This document shows, piece after piece, positions 46,790 through 59,176 of a stretch of DNA of 64,000 nt. The stretch's first letter is position 1. Every line of letters begins with the position of its first letter. Below the pieces are notes generated by a model that was not told the origin of the DNA, ran no database searches, and worked only from the letters and a program-made list of their open reading frames with translations. The translations under genes and the position numbers were made by a program. Source of the DNA: Eledone cirrhosa (lineage: Eukaryota); assembly GCA_964016885.1 (NCBI GenBank), contig OZ024740.1, positions 195,362,001 to 195,426,000 on the forward strand, in the 5' to 3' direction.

Positions 46790-48059
46790 ACACAAACACT
46801 CACACACCAATACTCATGCATACAAACTACAACCACACATACCAACACTCATTCATGCATACAATCACACACACCACTCACAAACACACATATATATATA
46901 TACATATATTACCGACAGTACTGATACAAAATCAAAATCGTCAAAATCACTATCATGTCAACTGTTGACCTTTCCCAGTCCAGTTCAGCTTGTATATAAT
47001 AATAATAACAATAATAACTGTTTGCTTTACGCTGGTAATGGCGGTGGTGGATGGTGTCAGTGTGGTGGTGGTGGATGGTATCAGCGTGGTGGTGGTGGAT
47101 GGTCAGTGATGGTGGTGGCAGTTGTTGGTGCTGTAGTTGTTATTGTAGTTGTTGCTGTTGTTGTTGTTCTTCATTTCACTGCTGCTGTTGCTGCAGACAA
47201 TGGTGTTGATGCTGTTATTGCTGTTGCATATATACAAACACACACATACACACACATTCAACACAGACGATGGTGTTGTTGCTGTTGTTGTTGTTGGTGT
47301 TGCTGTTGTTGTTGTAGTTGTTGCTGTGTTGAAATCTGGTAGCATCCACTGAGATATACATATACACACACATACACATATGTATATACACATACATACA
47401 TCAAAAGAGAGTCAGCAGTATGTCAACAGGGGACAGGACAGCGACCTGAGAGTAATGTGGTGATGGGGGGGGGGGGGAGTGTAGGCGTTATTGTTATTGT
47501 GGTGGCGGGGGGTCAGTAAGTTCATAGATCACTTCTCTCTTTTCCTCTCTCTTCAAAATTTTGAATTTATGGCCTTTTGCAATGGCGGACAAGTATATAT
47601 AATATATATATATGAAGCAAAGAAAAGAAAATTTTTCACTGATACGGAAGATTTCCTGGTAGAAGTTCAGGTGTATTCAGTGATTTGTATCCAATTAGAA
47701 AATCCAACGAATCTTTTAGAGGGGTCCACGCAAGCATTGATATATATATATGTATATATGTAAAATGCAAGCAGAAATAACAACGAAAGATTTCCTGGTA
47801 GAAGTTCAGGTGTATTCAGTGTTGGTATCCAGTCTCGGGGTATCCAATTAGAAAATCCAACGAATTTTTGAGAGGGGTCCACGCAAGCATATACATAGAT
47901 ATATACATGTATATATGCAAAATGCAAGCAGAAATAACAACACATATACTAAAGAACATACATTAAACACAGAGGGACTGTAAATGATAATAGCAATATC
48001 TAGATATAAATATAAATGTATATAAATGTACATATCTCTATTGGTCTCATAAATTTTCT

Positions 48060-48325
48060 CTTTCCTCTATATATATAATATATATATATATATTATATAT
48101 ATATCTTATATATACATATATTATATATATATATATATTATATCCATATCATATATATTATATCTATATCTATATATATTATATCTATATCTATATATAT
48201 TATATATATATATCTATATATATTATATATATATCTATATATATTATATATATATCTATATCTATTATATAGATATCTATATCTATTATATAGATATCTA
48301 TATCTATTATATAGATATCTATATA
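48060..48325. repeat. AT-rich low-complexity tract with ~21-bp unit (TATATCTATTATATAGATATC)
   Basis: Direct reading. Confidence 0.8.
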
Positions 48326-48516
48326 AATTAATAAAATAATGAATAAACAAAGAAACAGTTCCTTATATTAAAAAAAATTCATCATTTTACGATCGTTTCT
48401 AGGATATATATGTGTTAGAGTTGGTATGCATATTCTATAGATCTATGTACAATATTTATACAAACTATCAGAGGGAATATACATACCTACACATATACAT
48501 GCTGTCTTCAGAAATA

Positions 48517-48550
<34 letters not shown>

Positions 48551-48580
48551 GTTATGTAATAAACAACATAAGATAATTAT

Positions 48581-48641
48581 TTCATTTACCAGTGGTTTCT
48601 TGAAGACAGATGTTGTATCTGTCTTCAGTCATCTGAATGAA
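48581..48641 (-). ncRNA. Degenerate type I hammerhead motif
   Basis: Minus strand: TTCATT-CAGATGA-c[TGAAGACAGAT/ATCTGTCTTCA]a-GAAAC-CACTG-GTA-AATGAA; one core substitution (CAGAUGA for CUGAUGA). Confidence 0.55.
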
Positions 48642-49883
48642 TAAAAAACATGGTGTTTTTATTAAATATGGATTTGAAAATAAAATTTAGGAAATATGAA
48701 AGTGAGGCTGAAAAGAACGGGTGAAAAGGAAATAGGGGAAAAAACATATATATATAAGAATAAAAATATAAATATCCAGAACGTAAACGTACACACAATC
48801 AACTATGCGCATATACTAAAAAGTATGTAGACGTAAACTCACACAAACGTCTACAAAGAAATATGAACAGGAACATAAATGCATACACATACATATACAC
48901 ATATATATACAAAAATACATACACATACATATGGTGGCTGCCAACTCGTTTTCGAGTACGGCCAATACTTTATATCCATGTAGGAGAACCCCTACCGATG
49001 CGCTGAACGAGTGTGACTTTTTAGTCCAGCCAGTGACTTGAAAACTCTGGTACAAACACTACACCTGTGACAATTATTGACACATAGTGCTGGGCCCATG
49101 GTACCATGTAACGACAAGTGCAGAGAGATCTCCAGATATAAAGCAATGCCTGTGCCGTGAAGCTTTTATAGTGAGCAAAGGCACTGCACAAAGCCAGTCC
49201 CACTCTTTTAACCAAGATGATATTTACCAAAAAGAAGAACAAGTCAACATCATTGGATACCATCAGGGTTGCAGGTGTTATATCAGAGTTTTCCTTGACA
49301 AAGGCTAAGGGGTCATCTCTCCCGGTGATTTTGGATGGCCATTGACTCTTAAGAGCTCCTTTGCCCTTTGACAGGTTTTGTTTTTAGTCCTGCAGGATGT
49401 CCAAAGCCACTCTCCTCACCAAGAAACCTTGGTGGGGTTGCCAGTTTAGTCGCCAACGACCCGACCATGAGACAGGTTGTACTGGGATACATGTTACCAG
49501 TAGCACCAACTGGTGACCTGACACATACATACACACAGGTATATACACTCAAATTTGGGAAGTAGTAAGCAAGCAGAAATAACTAAATAAAAAAATAAAT
49601 AAGAACAAAAAATATATATATATATAATAAGCTCTGTAGCCTACATAGAGCACTCTTTTTTCCTGTACCTTTCCGACGGAAATACTTCATTTATATATAT
49701 ATATATATATATATATGGAGAAATAGGTGATGTCTCTTCACACAAGTTAGATAATACAGAAAAGATAAAGATAAAAATGCACACAAAGAATGTGTACAGT
49801 TTATAGTAATATTAAACAGCAAATACAATCATTCTTCACACCTTATGACAGTATCAACAGTATTAAATGTTAAATATTATACA

Positions 49884-50421
49884 TTGGTATGGACATGTGA
49901 TGCGTATGAAGGATGACAGCTGCATAAAAAGGTGCAGAGCACTAGAAGTCGATGGAAGCCGCGGAGTGGGGAGACCCAAGAAGACCTGGGATAGGGTGAT
50001 AAAGGCCGACCTTTCCCAATTACACCTCTCAAAGACGATGACACACGACCGTGACCTCTGGCATCATGCAGTAATACAGAAGACCCGACCCCCCACAGGA
50101 ACAAGCCGAGGCTGAAGCATATAGACAATATGCCCCCACACCCTCCCACTGCAAAGTGGTTGTGGAGGTGCCACGGCAAAAAAGCACCAAGCCCACACTG
50201 TAAAGTGGACGTGTAGGCGCCACGGAAAAAAGCACCCAGCACTCACTGTAAATGAGGTTGGTGTTAGAAAGGGCATCCAGCTGTAGAAATCAAGCCAGAA
50301 TCAGTTTCTGTATGAGCAAGACAAGGTCAGCCGACTGGACACTGCCCACAACAGGGCAACCCTTCTAACCCATGCTAGCGTGGAAGAACTGATGTAAAAC
50401 GGTTATGATGATGATGATGAT
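49884..50421 (+). mobile_element. RTE LINE 3' fragment (close to 20561-22539 copy)
   Basis: WYGHVMRMKDDSCIKRCRALEV..., same 3' UTR, (GAT)n tail. Confidence 0.9.
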
Positions 50422-51169
50422 TATATACAGTTTATAATCATATTAAATTAAATATCTATTGCTGTTTATCATCAACAATTTATTAACTTAATCCTTTACA
50501 TTACTCTATATATACTATTGCATTTTTGTGGTAAAGACTTTATCTTATATAATTATCTCACATAATATCAAATCTATGAGATTTTGATGTTATTTATTTT
50601 GAAAAAACACCTTAACGACAGTATAAGCAGTTGGTTATGGCCAGTTTGAACAGAAAGAGGTGAGAGAATTCTGGCTGGATACTAAAAAGTTAACTGGTTT
50701 TCACTTAGCTAATCATAGATTTAACTGTAATTAAAAGTTATTTCATCTACAACATTATCGTAGAACATTATGTTAGAAGGCTTGCATTTTGGTAGTAAAT
50801 TTTCAAAATGTAAGAATCCTAGCAGTAGTTATGCAACTTGGTACATGAATTTCAAGCAGAATATTTATAATACCTAAACATTTCAAGTCTAAAAAGTTTA
50901 AAGTTTGTCTCAAGTCTGGAGGCTCACCAGGCCTGTGCTGATCCCAGTTTCCATGACATTAAGTGACTGAGAGTACAGGACTCTCTCCTAGTCTATCATA
51001 GGGTTGAACCTCCAGCTATTACTGATACTCATTTTCAGCTGAATATACTGGAGCATTGTGAAATGAAGTGTTTTGCTCAAGAACACAACACACAACCCAG
51101 TCCAGGAATTGAACTCATTATGATTATAAATCCAACATCCTCACAACTAGAACATGCACATCCTCTTAA

Positions 51170-51990
51170 ACATTGAAACGTGAATTATATTTATTAATTA
51201 AAATCTCTTTGTTTCTTCTTTATTGTTTGGTAATATCCTCTACAAATTGATAATTTGGAAACATTTGTAGGTTGGAAAAATTTCTTCTGCTACATCTCAC
51301 ATTATGCCCAGTCTTTTTTTGTATTTATATCTCAGATTGTTGTCAGTGGATGGGCATCTATTTCCATAAATCATTCCCAGTTGCTCTGATCTTATTTTCC
51401 CTACATCCACAACATGTTTAAACACAGACAAGATTACCAGATGAACATGTGAAACTATTTTTAAGTTTAAACGTTTGTTCAAGCCTTCTAGCATATAATC
51501 ACAAATTCTACAATTAGGTCTTCCACATTTTGTTACTGATAGATTGGGAATATGTTTGTAAATTTTTGCACTAGAAAGTATTTTTTTCAAATTTTTGGGT
51601 TGTTGCTTGCTCTTTATAATTTGTTGATTCCCCAAGACATTTTCATTTTTTATTATACAAAATGGGTAGATTCCTATGAACATGATTGTAAATTTCAATA
51701 TTTGAAACGTATGTTGATATAAATCCAAGTGCATTTTCTTTCGGTTTTCTTTTTATCATATGTAATTTTTTGATAGTTATACTTTTTGCTCTTTCCATTT
51801 TTCACTAAACTGGAAGGAAAATTTCAAAGGATTAATAAATTTTGTAGTGCTACCAGCCTTTGTTCTCATATTACAAGATTGAAAACAATTGTGCATATTC
51901 ATTCTTCTTGCCAAAGTAAAAACAATGTGTATTCGCATATGTTTTGGATGGCAGTGAATATTAAGTATACTAGATAATGTGGAGCATCAT
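51170..51990 (-). mobile_element. Penelope-like element relic (linker, Cys motif, GIY-YIG region)
   Basis: IIKSKQQPKNLKKIL..VTKCGRPNCRICDY followed in shifted frame by CSSGNLVC..CCGCRENKI..TGNDL; typical PLE endonuclease layout with many lesions. Confidence 0.7.
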
Positions 51991-52699
51991 CATCATTTAA
52001 TATCTACTTTTCCTGCTGGCAAGGTTTGGACAGATATCCACAGACTGAGTCAGTACTGAAGTGGTGCTACTGACTTCCCAAACAAGCCGGGGATTCACTT
52101 CTCACTTACATATGGTTCCACATTCTACTGAGTACATTTTATTGTGGCACCAGCACTAGAGTAGTTGCTATGTTCTTGACAAAACTGAAGGATCCGCTTA
52201 ATCCTTTGTTTGGCAAGCTTTCTATGACAGGATGCCCTTCCTATCACCAACCATTTTACAGCAGGTACTGGGTGTGTTTATTGTGTAGATCATCAACACT
52301 AGAGAGGTTGTTATGCAGTCAACACAACTAAGGAATCCTCTTAATCTTTATAGGCATGGTTTAAAGAAGCAAGTGAACTGGCCCTTTTAGAATAAGTGAC
52401 ACAAGACGTTTAAACCATGGAATTGATATGTAGACAAACTGATTGTACTACAGCAGCAGCTCCATCGATGTTAATTGGTAGCTGTCTATAAATAATGTTC
52501 TTAGTATCTGACATTGTTATAAAGTCAATTATTGGATCATTCTGGCATATCCACCACAGGTGTGAGATTGAGCAAAGGCGTTCATCTGATATTATATGCT
52601 GGGAACTGATGCAAGAGTTCCTTTGGTATGCTGGTTCTTAGCTCTTTCTAGCCTTGTACATATGTACAAGGCTAGATAGAGTTATGGTGGGCCATAGGG

Positions 52700-53060
52700 G
52701 ATGTTCAGAGCCAGTTACTTAAAGTTGGTTAACTAGGTGACAGCAAAATGTTGTCGGTTTTCCTGTTGATAGATTACTGCAATATATGCAACCGCTCATG
52801 GAGGTAAACTGGCTGCAGCAGACCCAGGGGCACCCTGTCTAGGATACAATATTTGATGTAGGAGTGTTGCTCTATTGGTTCCAGAGCCTCCAGATAAAAC
52901 AGGACAAGGAGGTGGAATTTTCCCTGCCTCTGCACATAAAGGAGTGTACATGCTGGCTAAATCTACCCTTGAGCTCATAAGCTGTTAAGCCTGTATAATT
53001 CTGAAAAGATGCTGCTGTGGAATGTAGCAATACAGCTTCTGAAAGCAGTACCGAAACCAA
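52700..53060 (-). mobile_element. Second Penelope-like GIY-YIG relic
   Basis: YTGLTAYELKGRFSQHVHSF..ENSTSLSCFIWRL resembles the PLE consensus YIG.T...FK.R...H...F....NST.LS..IW. Confidence 0.65.
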
Positions 53061-54450
53061 TTGTTATAACAACAGGTAGTGATGATCAACCCTGTTGAAT
53101 GCTTTGGATTGATCATCCAAATTGAGTTTATTCCCAACTCATTCTCTGCTGAATCTAATGAAGTGGGGGTTATCATGGATACAACTGTCAAGGATTGTAC
53201 AGGTCCACAAATTTCCAAATAAACTACTGATGACAAGAACGAAACTGTATATTTTTAAAATAGAGATTCCTGTAGAGGGTGAGGGGAGATGACAACTGAA
53301 ATGTTTGGCACAAATAAGAGCTAGTTCTGGAGTGGATGCCTCATTTGAGAATAATGAAAGTTGCCCAACACTCAACTGATACTGCCAATCTAGTGCCTTT
53401 AATACAATAATAATTAATAAATAAATAAAGGTTTTAATTTAAACAAGAATATATTATATATAATTTAAAAAAATTGTAAAATAAAATTTCAACAATCAAA
53501 ATTCCAATAAGGAAGATAATAATAAAGATAAGGAATAGAAAAGAAAAAAATAAGAAATATGTAAGACATTATTGGGAATATATTAGGAGGAGCAGTAATG
53601 GCAACAAGAACAACAACAGCAATATACGGGAAAATCAGAAAGCACTGAAAGGAAAAATATAGCAATTGAAAGTATGTTTGGTTATTTAGATTTTTACTTG
53701 GTTGTTTAGTGGTTGCTTTTAGTTTGTTTTGTTTTTTGTGGTGCTGGTGTGTTAAAAAGATAATTTGGAAAATTAAATTTCACTTAGAAAGAAAGAAGCT
53801 TTAAAACTGAATCTATTAAAGAAGCTGTAAAACAGATTTCAATGAGAACAGTAGAGCTGGTTCTACTGCAGCATATATTTTGACCATAGGGGGTTGTGGT
53901 GTAAGGTGTGTATGGGGGGTGGGTCAGTGGAGAAGAAGTCGGAGAATGAGTTTGTTTGTTTGTATAAGTAAAGAAAATGAAGAATGGGATGCAGAATGGG
54001 ATGCTGCTGCTGTTATTGGTGTTGGTGAAGGTGATAGTGGTGGTGGGGGGGGGGATGCGAGTGGGGGGGGGGGGGTGTTAGTGGTTGTGGCGGTGGTGTT
54101 GGTTGAAGTGGTGATGTTTTTGATAGTGATGGTGTTGGAGGTGGTGGTGGTGGTGACAGTGCTTTTGTTGGTCTTGGGGATAGAGGTTGTGATGATGATG
54201 GTTGTGGTTTCAAAGGGGGTGGGAACAGGGTGCTAGTGCTGATGACTATGGTGATGACAGCAGTGTTGCTTGAAGAAATCCAGGTTGTTACATCAAATTA
54301 AATGTAAGTGATAGGAAGGAAAATATTTATTTTTTTATTTGCAAAATGTCAAAGAAAATAAGTTTTAAATGTTTCAAAATATGAAAATATACATTTTAAA
54401 GTAATAGCTTAATTGTAATAGCTGAGAGACACATACACTTACACATACAG

Positions 54451-54482
<32 letters not shown>

Positions 54483-54650
54483 ACACAGATACATTTTAAA
54501 GTAATAGCTTACTTACACTTAGACACACAGACACACAGATACACACATAGACACTCAGATATACACATAGACACACAGAAGCACACACACACACACGGAG
54601 ACACATATACACAAACACAGAGATACACAGATACACACAGACATGCACAT

Positions 54651-55347
54651 ACCTATTACATCAACATAATATGTAATGGCTACCTATTACATCAACATAA
54701 TATCACACTGTATGTAGTACCTACCTATTACATCAACATAATATCACACTGTATGTAGTACCTACCTATTACATCAACATAATATCACACTGTATGTAGT
54801 GGCTACCTATTACATCAACATAATATCACACTGTATGTAGTGGCTACCTATTACATCAACATAATATCACACTGTATGTAGTGGCTACCTATTACATCAA
54901 CATAATATCACACTGTATGTAGTGGCTGCCTATTACATCAACATAATATCACACTGTATGTAGTGGCTACCTATTACATCAACATAATATCACACTGTAT
55001 GTAGTGGCTACCTATTACATCAACATAATATCACACTGTATGTAGTACCTACCTATTACATCAACATAATATCACACTGTATGTAGTGGCTACCTATTAC
55101 AACAACATAATATCACACTGTATGTAGTGGCTACCTATTACATCAACATAATATCACACTGTATGTAGTGGCTACCTATTACATCAACATAATATCACAC
55201 TGTATGTAGTGGCTACCTATTACATCAACATAATATCACACTGTATGTAGTACCTACCTATTACAACATAATATCACACTGTATGTAGTGGCTACCTATT
55301 ACATCAACATAATATCACACTGTATGTAGTGGCTACCTATTACATCA
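54651..55347 (+). repeat. 41-bp satellite, left block (~17 units)
   Basis: Unit ACCTATTACATCAACATAATATCACACTGTATGTAGTGGCT; begins directly after a (CA/GACA)n tract. Confidence 0.97.
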
Positions 55348-58300
55348 CACTGATGCCCCCACACTTCCACAAACCACCACCCCACCCAACAACCCATCCC
55401 CCACCCTAATGGAAATTGTGCAGCCCGATACCCGGGACGCAGAGAGGTAAGTGCCTTTTCTCTTCACCACCAACATGGCTATGCTAAGAGTAGGCTGTTT
55501 AAATGCGCGTGGCCTGGGCTCAACTTGGAAGCAAGCAATGCTTCTAAATGACCTCAGGTCACAACGTATAGATGTGATGGTTATTTGCGAGGCCCGGATC
55601 AGCAACGTGCGACAGCTGGCCCCCACCTTTGATGACTTTGAGATGCACGCATCTCTCTGTCAGCCTGGAGGTGGGGGTGGAGTTGTCGTTCTGCTGCAAA
55701 AACATCTGGGTCTCGCAACACAGATGGTACATTTGGACCCGGAGGGTCGACTAGTGGTTCTGGACCTTGGCAGTGGTAAAGGCGGAGCGTTTAGGTTGGT
55801 AGCCGCCTACGGCCCTTTCGGGTCAATGCGGCCGGACTTCTTCCATCGTCTGGAGACTTTTCTAGGGACGTCCCGCTCCTTGCTATTAGTGGGGGACTGG
55901 AATGGTATCCTAGATGCACGTTGGGACTACGTAGGGGCCTGCCCCGATAGAGAGGGGTGTAATAGCCTCAAAGGGTTAATCGGTCGATTTGACCTGGCCG
56001 ATAGATATCGACTAGATTTTCCGACTGTGCCAACCTGGACTTGGGCAAATCGTAGCGGATCATCTAGGTCGTACCTAGATAGGTTCTTAGTTAGAATTAA
56101 GGATAAGGAATTTTTAAGTTGTCCAAAAATGCGCATTGTTGGCTATTCAGACCACAAATTAGTGACCTGCATGGTCAACCTTGACAGAACTCATAGACAG
56201 GGCCCCGGTTACTGGAAGCTCAACTTGTCCTTGCCGGCAAGTAGAGCCTACAGGAATCGGATTAGTACGTTAGTTAAGGAACGGTTGACTGGAGCGATCG
56301 TCAACAGCAGGTGGTGGGTATCTCTAAAGAGAGAGATTAGAGTAGTCTCGATAGAATTTAGTAAGGTTCTAGCTGCGGATAGGAATAGGAAGGAAAGGGA
56401 GCTAATAGATAGAGTAGAAGAGGCAATTAGAAGCGGCGACGTGGCCAGAGTGCTAGCGTCGAGAACGGCTTTGAGCCAGTTTTTCGACGCGAAGCACGAA
56501 GGCTGCGTTGTCCGAAGTAAAATACGTGCTCTAGGGAACGAGGGGACCAAAGCTGTTAGCTGGGCCCGCGTGACAGAGGCCAACAGTGGAACTAAATCCA
56601 CCATCCGGTCTTTGCGAGACCTGGATGGACGGGCGATTCTTGAGCCTAAGCAGATGTGTGAGGCCTTTCAAAGGCACTTTGCCCGACTGTTCGGGAGGGG
56701 CGGGGAGCCGGTTGGGAACGTGGACTTCGGTCCATACCTCGACGGCCTGCCGCGCCTCTCGGACAGGGAGGCGAAGTCCTGCGAGGAGCCGATTTCGGCC
56801 GCTGAGATAGAGGACGTGCTGAGCCAATGCGGCAAACGCAAATCCCCGGGTCTCGATGGTCTTCCTTACGAATTATATCTAGCTATGCCGGACTTGTTCC
56901 CCGATCTCCTCGAGGCGGTCTACTGCAACTGGCAACAGAACGGGAGAATTCCCTGTACTGTGACCAAGGGCGTAGTCACGCTAGTGAGGAAGGACGAGAA
57001 CAAGGGGGACGAAATAAGTAACTTCAGGCCCATAACACTGCTAAATACAGAGTTACAGATTTTGGCCAAGGTGCTAGCAAAGAGGTTGGCGCTTGTCGTG
57101 GGCAACCTGGTGGGAGATGCGCAGACATGCGCTATCCCGTCCAGGTCCATCCATGACAACCTCCACCTCATGCGATACATCATAGAGAGGGTTGGGAACG
57201 AACCCGGCTTTGGTGGGGCTCTGATCAACTTGGATCAATCTAAGGCGTTCGATAGGGTCGACCATGGTTACCTGGATGCGGTGCTAGCGGCGGCAGGCTT
57301 CGGACCCGTTTTCAGGGGCTGGATCACTGCTATGCACAGCAGCCGCATCTGCTCTAGGGTCAAGGTGAACGGCTACCTCTCGGAGCCGTTCAAAATCGCG
57401 CGGTCCATCCGACAAGGGTGCCCTCTCTCCTCCCTTCTGTATGTATTGACTCTCGAGCCACTACTGCGGAAGTTGGAGTTGTTGCAGGGCATCCCTTTGG
57501 AACCGGGATTGCGGAAAGCGGTGTCGGCCTACGCCGATGACGTGACAGTAATGGTGTCGACGGCCTCCGAAATCGAGGCGGTCGGCACCTTACTGGAGGA
57601 GTACGAAAAGTTCACAGGGGCTAAGCTGAACCGGGACAAGTCGATCGGTTTGCAACTCGGCACGTGGAGGGGCAGACCGATGCCCTCCGATAGCGTCGTC
57701 GGACGCTGGACGGAGGGCCCGGTGAAGTTGCTCGGGGTCTGGTTCGGACCGGACCTCCAGGTGGAGAAAAACTGGGCGGAGGTTACGAACAGAGTGTTTG
57801 CACTGACCCAGAAGTGGGCCAGTTGCAAACTATCCCTGAAAGGTCGGGCGGAGGTGGCGAACACCTACATAGCGTCCGTCATCTACTACCGCCTGACCGT
57901 AGTGCCCTGCCCAAGGGAAACCCTCACCAAGATGGAGCGCGCGCTCTTCCAATTCCTTTGGAAGAGGCGGGCTCCTATGGTGAGGAGATCCATCTGCTGT
58001 CAACACCCTTCGAAAGGAGGGCTGGGGATGCCGTGGCTAATGATGCGTAAACACGCATTAAGGCTACGGCACCTCTACGTATTCCTCACCGGACAACCGG
58101 TGTGGGCCTCGTTTGTGAGACGAACCTTTCCCAGACTCGTCTCACTCACCGAGCTGCAATCCTGGGTCAAGCAAAGACCGAGAAAACTGGGCGCCTGGCA
58201 CACTGAGTGTGCCCAGGCGCTCACCGCCCTCTGGCAGGCGGATCCGGTTATCAGTGGAGACTCCACCGCAACATTCTATAGAGGGCTGGTACGCAGCAGG

Positions 58301-59176
58301 TGCGACGACGCCCTCGGAGAAGCCCTAGACATGGAGGAGGACGAACTGGCCAGCCTTTTCGGTAGGACATTTAGCCCGGGACCTATGGACAACTTCCAGA
58401 AGTCCCTGGCCTGGCAGTGCTACCGAGGGGCTTTACCCGTTCGAGAAAGGCTCTACAGACACGGGCGCCCGGGTAGGGACCCCGCCAAAAAGATCTGTCC
58501 CAGATGCGTGTGCGACGAGGAAACCGTTGCACACGCATTAGTACACTGCTCGGGCGTAGCCGATCTGTGGGGCTATGTCGAACAACTGCTGTCAAGGGTG
58601 GGACCGATCCGGTTGACCACCGAGTCTATTGTAATGATCAAGCCGCCTCCCCCCTTCAAAGATGAAGCAGAGGCGGTGTTTCTGTGCGTAATAGCCATGG
58701 CGAAAGAGGTTGTATGGTGGACGCGTCTGAAAGGACTGAGGTCGGGCACCTTTCTCTCTGGCCAACAACTGGTCCGTTTCTTCCGATATCATTTCGGAAG
58801 AAGGATCAGGATGGAGAGAGAGGTGCTGCACCCCAGCCGTTTCTATGAAAGATGGGTGAAAGTGGCGAGAATGGCCCGTGTGAATGGGCCTTCACTCTAC
58901 ATCAGACTATAGGTGAGGAAGATGAAAGACCAAGGGAGCACCCCTTCTCTGTGCTCCTGAGGAGAAGGGTTGCACACTTTTTTCGGGGGTGTGTGCGACC
59001 CCCCAAGGCGCCTCCTCTCTATTGAGGATTTTGTTAAAAATTTTATTTTTTGTTATATCTTATTTTATTTTTATATTTTGTTATTGCCTTCTCCTTATTG
59101 AGGACGCCTTTTTGTGTAAACTCCCCCCTTTGTACTTGTCCCACTTTTGATGCCCTAGTGGCAAATAAAAGAAATA
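55348..59176 (+). mobile_element. Tx1-clade (L1 group) non-LTR retrotransposon, 5'-truncated in ORF1
   Basis: ORF1 tail (..TDAPTLPQTTTPP..DAER* TAA 55448-50), ORF2, ~260-bp 3' UTR, AATAAA at 59164-69. TSD TACCTATTACATCA at 55334-47 and 59177-90. GC- and CpG-rich compared with flanks. Confidence 0.92.
55475..58912 (+). CDS. Tx1-like ORF2: APE endonuclease, reverse transcriptase, CCHC zinc knuckle (1145 aa from first ATG)
   Basis: GCLNARGL, LVGDWN, SYLDRF, GYSDH; GPGYWKLN; KSPGLDG, RPITLLN, LDQSKAFDRVDH, RQGCPLS, YADD; LSLKGR, GGLG; CPRC..E...HALVHC. No internal stops. Confidence 0.93.
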   Translation: MAMLRVGCLNARGLGSTWKQAMLLNDLRSQRIDVMVICEARISNVRQLAPTFDDFEMHASLCQPGGGGGVVVLLQKHLGLATQMVHLDPEGRLVVLDLGSGKGGAFRLVAAYGPFGSMRPDFFHRLETFLGTSRSLLLVGDWNGILDARWDYVGACPDREGCNSLKGLIGRFDLADRYRLDFPTVPTWTWANRSGSSRSYLDRFLVRIKDKEFLSCPKMRIVGYSDHKLVTCMVNLDRTHRQGPGYWKLNLSLPASRAYRNRISTLVKERLTGAIVNSRWWVSLKREIRVVSIEFSKVLAADRNRKERELIDRVEEAIRSGDVARVLASRTALSQFFDAKHEGCVVRSKIRALGNEGTKAVSWARVTEANSGTKSTIRSLRDLDGRAILEPKQMCEAFQRHFARLFGRGGEPVGNVDFGPYLDGLPRLSDREAKSCEEPISAAEIEDVLSQCGKRKSPGLDGLPYELYLAMPDLFPDLLEAVYCNWQQNGRIPCTVTKGVVTLVRKDENKGDEISNFRPITLLNTELQILAKVLAKRLALVVGNLVGDAQTCAIPSRSIHDNLHLMRYIIERVGNEPGFGGALINLDQSKAFDRVDHGYLDAVLAAAGFGPVFRGWITAMHSSRICSRVKVNGYLSEPFKIARSIRQGCPLSSLLYVLTLEPLLRKLELLQGIPLEPGLRKAVSAYADDVTVMVSTASEIEAVGTLLEEYEKFTGAKLNRDKSIGLQLGTWRGRPMPSDSVVGRWTEGPVKLLGVWFGPDLQVEKNWAEVTNRVFALTQKWASCKLSLKGRAEVANTYIASVIYYRLTVVPCPRETLTKMERALFQFLWKRRAPMVRRSICCQHPSKGGLGMPWLMMRKHALRLRHLYVFLTGQPVWASFVRRTFPRLVSLTELQSWVKQRPRKLGAWHTECAQALTALWQADPVISGDSTATFYRGLVRSRCDDALGEALDMEEDELASLFGRTFSPGPMDNFQKSLAWQCYRGALPVRERLYRHGRPGRDPAKKICPRCVCDEETVAHALVHCSGVADLWGYVEQLLSRVGPIRLTTESIVMIKPPPPFKDEAEAVFLCVIAMAKEVVWWTRLKGLRSGTFLSGQQLVRFFRYHFGRRIRMEREVLHPSRFYERWVKVARMARVNGPSLYIRL

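Noticed and set aside
46446-47342. 298-aa plus-strand ORF with poly-K/N/G/C
   Set aside because: Chimera of RTE antisense, poly(A), CA and trinucleotide tracts.
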